DNA from: an uncultured Actinomycetota bacterium
GTDB lineage: Bacteria > Actinomycetota > Actinomycetes > JACCUZ01
NCBI GenBank assembly: GCA_963746175.1
Contig: CAVVAH010000004.1
Coordinates: forward strand, 1,349,171 to 1,413,170
Length of the DNA stretch: 64,000 bases
Reading direction: 5' to 3'
The notes below the pieces were generated by a model. That model was not told the DNA's origin, did not search any database, and saw nothing but the letters and a program-made list of their open reading frames with translations. Below are positions 62,554-64,000 of this stretch, piece by piece (the stretch's first letter is position 1; every line of letters begins with the position of its first letter). Position numbers and translations under genes: made by a program.

Positions 62554-63303
62554 GTGACACCTCAGGGGTACCGTCCACGAGTGGCCCTTCCGTACGGTGC
62601 ACCGCTCGTGCACGCCTCTGGTCCAGTATTCGCCGCGGACGAGGCGGCCAACCCATGGTTCACCTGGCAGTACGTCAAGGACAACTCGGACGACCTCAAG
62701 CAGGCGCTGATCACCCACGTCGAGCTGACCGTCGAGTCGGTGCTCATCGCGATCGTCATCGCCTTCCCGCTGGCCCTGCTCTGCTACCGCTACCGGCGGC
62801 TGTCCGGGCCGGTTCTCGGCCTGACCGGCGTGCTCTACACGATCCCGTCGATCGCGCTGTTCGCCTTCATCACGCCGTTCTCGGTCTTCGGGCTGCGCAA
62901 GCGCACGGTCGTCTTCGGTCTCGTGATGTACGCCCTGCTGGTGCTCGTCCGGAACATGCTGGTCGGCCTCCAGAGCGTGCCCGAGGACGTCCGTGAGTCG
63001 GCCCGCGGGATGGGCTACGGCCGCAACCGGATGCTGTGGAAGGTCGAGCTGCCCGTCGCCATGCCCACCATCATGGCCGGCGTGCGGGTGGCGACCGTGT
63101 CGACCGTGGCGCTGGTGACGGTGGGCGTGCTGGTCGGTGAGGGCGGCCTCGGGCAGCTGATCCTCCGCGGGTTCAACAACAACTTCTACCGGGCCGAGAT
63201 CGTCACCGCCTCCGTCCTGACGGTCGCTCTGGGTCTGGCGTTCGACCTGCTGCTCGCCCTGGCGACCAGACTGATGACCCCGTGGTCGAGGAGGCGGGCA
63301 TGA
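62554..63303 (+). CDS. ABC transporter permease (betaine/carnitine/choline OpuCB-like); the true start may be the internal GTG at ~62611
   Basis: Six TM helices with the EAA-like loop (SARGMGYGRNRMLWKVELPVAMP). Divergent from the ATPase pseudogene. Confidence 0.75.
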   Translation: MTPQGYRPRVALPYGAPLVHASGPVFAADEAANPWFTWQYVKDNSDDLKQALITHVELTVESVLIAIVIAFPLALLCYRYRRLSGPVLGLTGVLYTIPSIALFAFITPFSVFGLRKRTVVFGLVMYALLVLVRNMLVGLQSVPEDVRESARGMGYGRNRMLWKVELPVAMPTIMAGVRVATVSTVALVTVGVLVGEGGLGQLILRGFNNNFYRAEIVTASVLTVALGLAFDLLLALATRLMTPWSRRRA

Positions 63304-64000
63304 ACCTGCTCCACGACGCCTTCCTCTGGCTCAACGACCCGCTCAACTGGCAGGGCCCGAAGGGGGTCCCGCACCTGACCTACGAGCACCTCTACATCTC
63401 GTTCTTCGCGGTGTTCTTCGGTGCTGTGGTCGCCATGCCGCTGGCGCTGGGGCTCGGCCACACCGGACGCGGCGGCGGTTTCACGGTCGCCCTGACCAAC
63501 GTGTCGCGGGCGATCCCGACGCTTGCATTGCTCACGATCTTCGCGGCGACCGCGATCGGCTTCGGCAACCGCGCCACGATCGTGGCTCTCGCAGTCTTCG
63601 CGATCCCCCCGCTGCTCACCAACACCTACGTCGGCATCCGCGAGGTCGACCCGGACGTGGTCGAGGCCGCGCGGGGGATGGGCCTGTCCGGCGCGGCCGT
63701 CCTGCTGCGCGTCGAAGTGCCGCTCGCCGTCCCGCTCATCGCGGCCGGCGTCCGCACCGCCGCCGTGCAGGTGGTCGCCACCGCCGGTCTGGCCGCCATC
63801 GTCGGCGGCGGCGGCCTGGGAGTGATCATCAACGACGGGTTCGGCCAGCAGGACCGGCCGCAGATCCTGGCCGGCGGCCTGCTCGTGGCCGGGCTGGCCC
63901 TGGTCGTCGAGGCGCTGCTCGCGCTGGTCCAGCACCGGGTGACGCCGGGCCGGGACGGCGGCCGGCTGCTCCGGCGTGCGTCGTACCGAGGCGGACCCGG
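63300..64000 (+). CDS. second ABC transporter permease (OpuCD-like), 3'-partial, continuing beyond the window
   Basis: ATG overlaps the upstream TGA (ATGA). EAA-like loop ARGMGLSGAAVLLRVEVPLAVP. No stop before position 64000. Not in the ORF track because it is open-ended. Confidence 0.7.
   Translation, partial: MNLLHDAFLWLNDPLNWQGPKGVPHLTYEHLYISFFAVFFGAVVAMPLALGLGHTGRGGGFTVALTNVSRAIPTLALLTIFAATAIGFGNRATIVALAVFAIPPLLTNTYVGIREVDPDVVEAARGMGLSGAAVLLRVEVPLAVPLIAAGVRTAAVQVVATAGLAAIVGGGGLGVIINDGFGQQDRPQILAGGLLVAGLALVVEALLALVQHRVTPGRDGGRLLRRASYRGGP

Overview
This is a high-GC (~70%+) actinobacterial chromosome segment, and most of it is conserved core. The gene order matches what I recall of the Streptomyces SCO354x-356x block and the Mycobacterium tuberculosis Rv3605c-Rv3667 region; I cannot check this against a database.

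Minus strand, 4-13.8 kb: acs, actP with its DUF485 partner, an MFS transporter, a second DUF485-SSF symporter pair, and a LytTR response regulator with a LytS-like sensor kinase.

Plus strand, 15.7-21 kb: a Tad/Flp-like pilus locus (Ssd, TadA/CpaF, TadB, TadC and three small pilin-like genes). A HAD hydrolase sits upstream on the minus strand.

21.6-36.3 kb: a YprA/MrfA-type helicase, a bldG-like anti-sigma antagonist with its anti-sigma kinase, the H+-pyrophosphatase hppA, a SAM methyltransferase, topA, a fused MFS/thymidylate kinase, and holB.

36.3-46.6 kb: glpD and a secreted S33-type peptidase, then tRNA-Thr followed by three tandem partial copies of its 3' end. Next comes a small accessory-looking block: an MBL hydrolase, an RTX-repeat secreted protein, an FAD oxidase, a lipoprotein hydrolase, PadR and a coiled-coil protein.

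46.6-64 kb: a candidate c-di-AMP riboswitch in front of a RipA-like NlpC/P60 peptidase, a decayed glycosyltransferase, ppa, dacB, tilS, hpt, ftsH, folE-folP-folB-folK, and a betaine-type ABC transporter.

The most notable features are the tRNA-derived 82-bp tandem array, a 3x33-bp in-frame repeat inside topA, several near-perfect palindromes between topA and tmk, and a cluster of apparent frameshifts in at least seven otherwise conserved genes. I found no CRISPR array, integrase or recognisable defence system. I cannot run searches here, so all family assignments rest on motifs and gene order.
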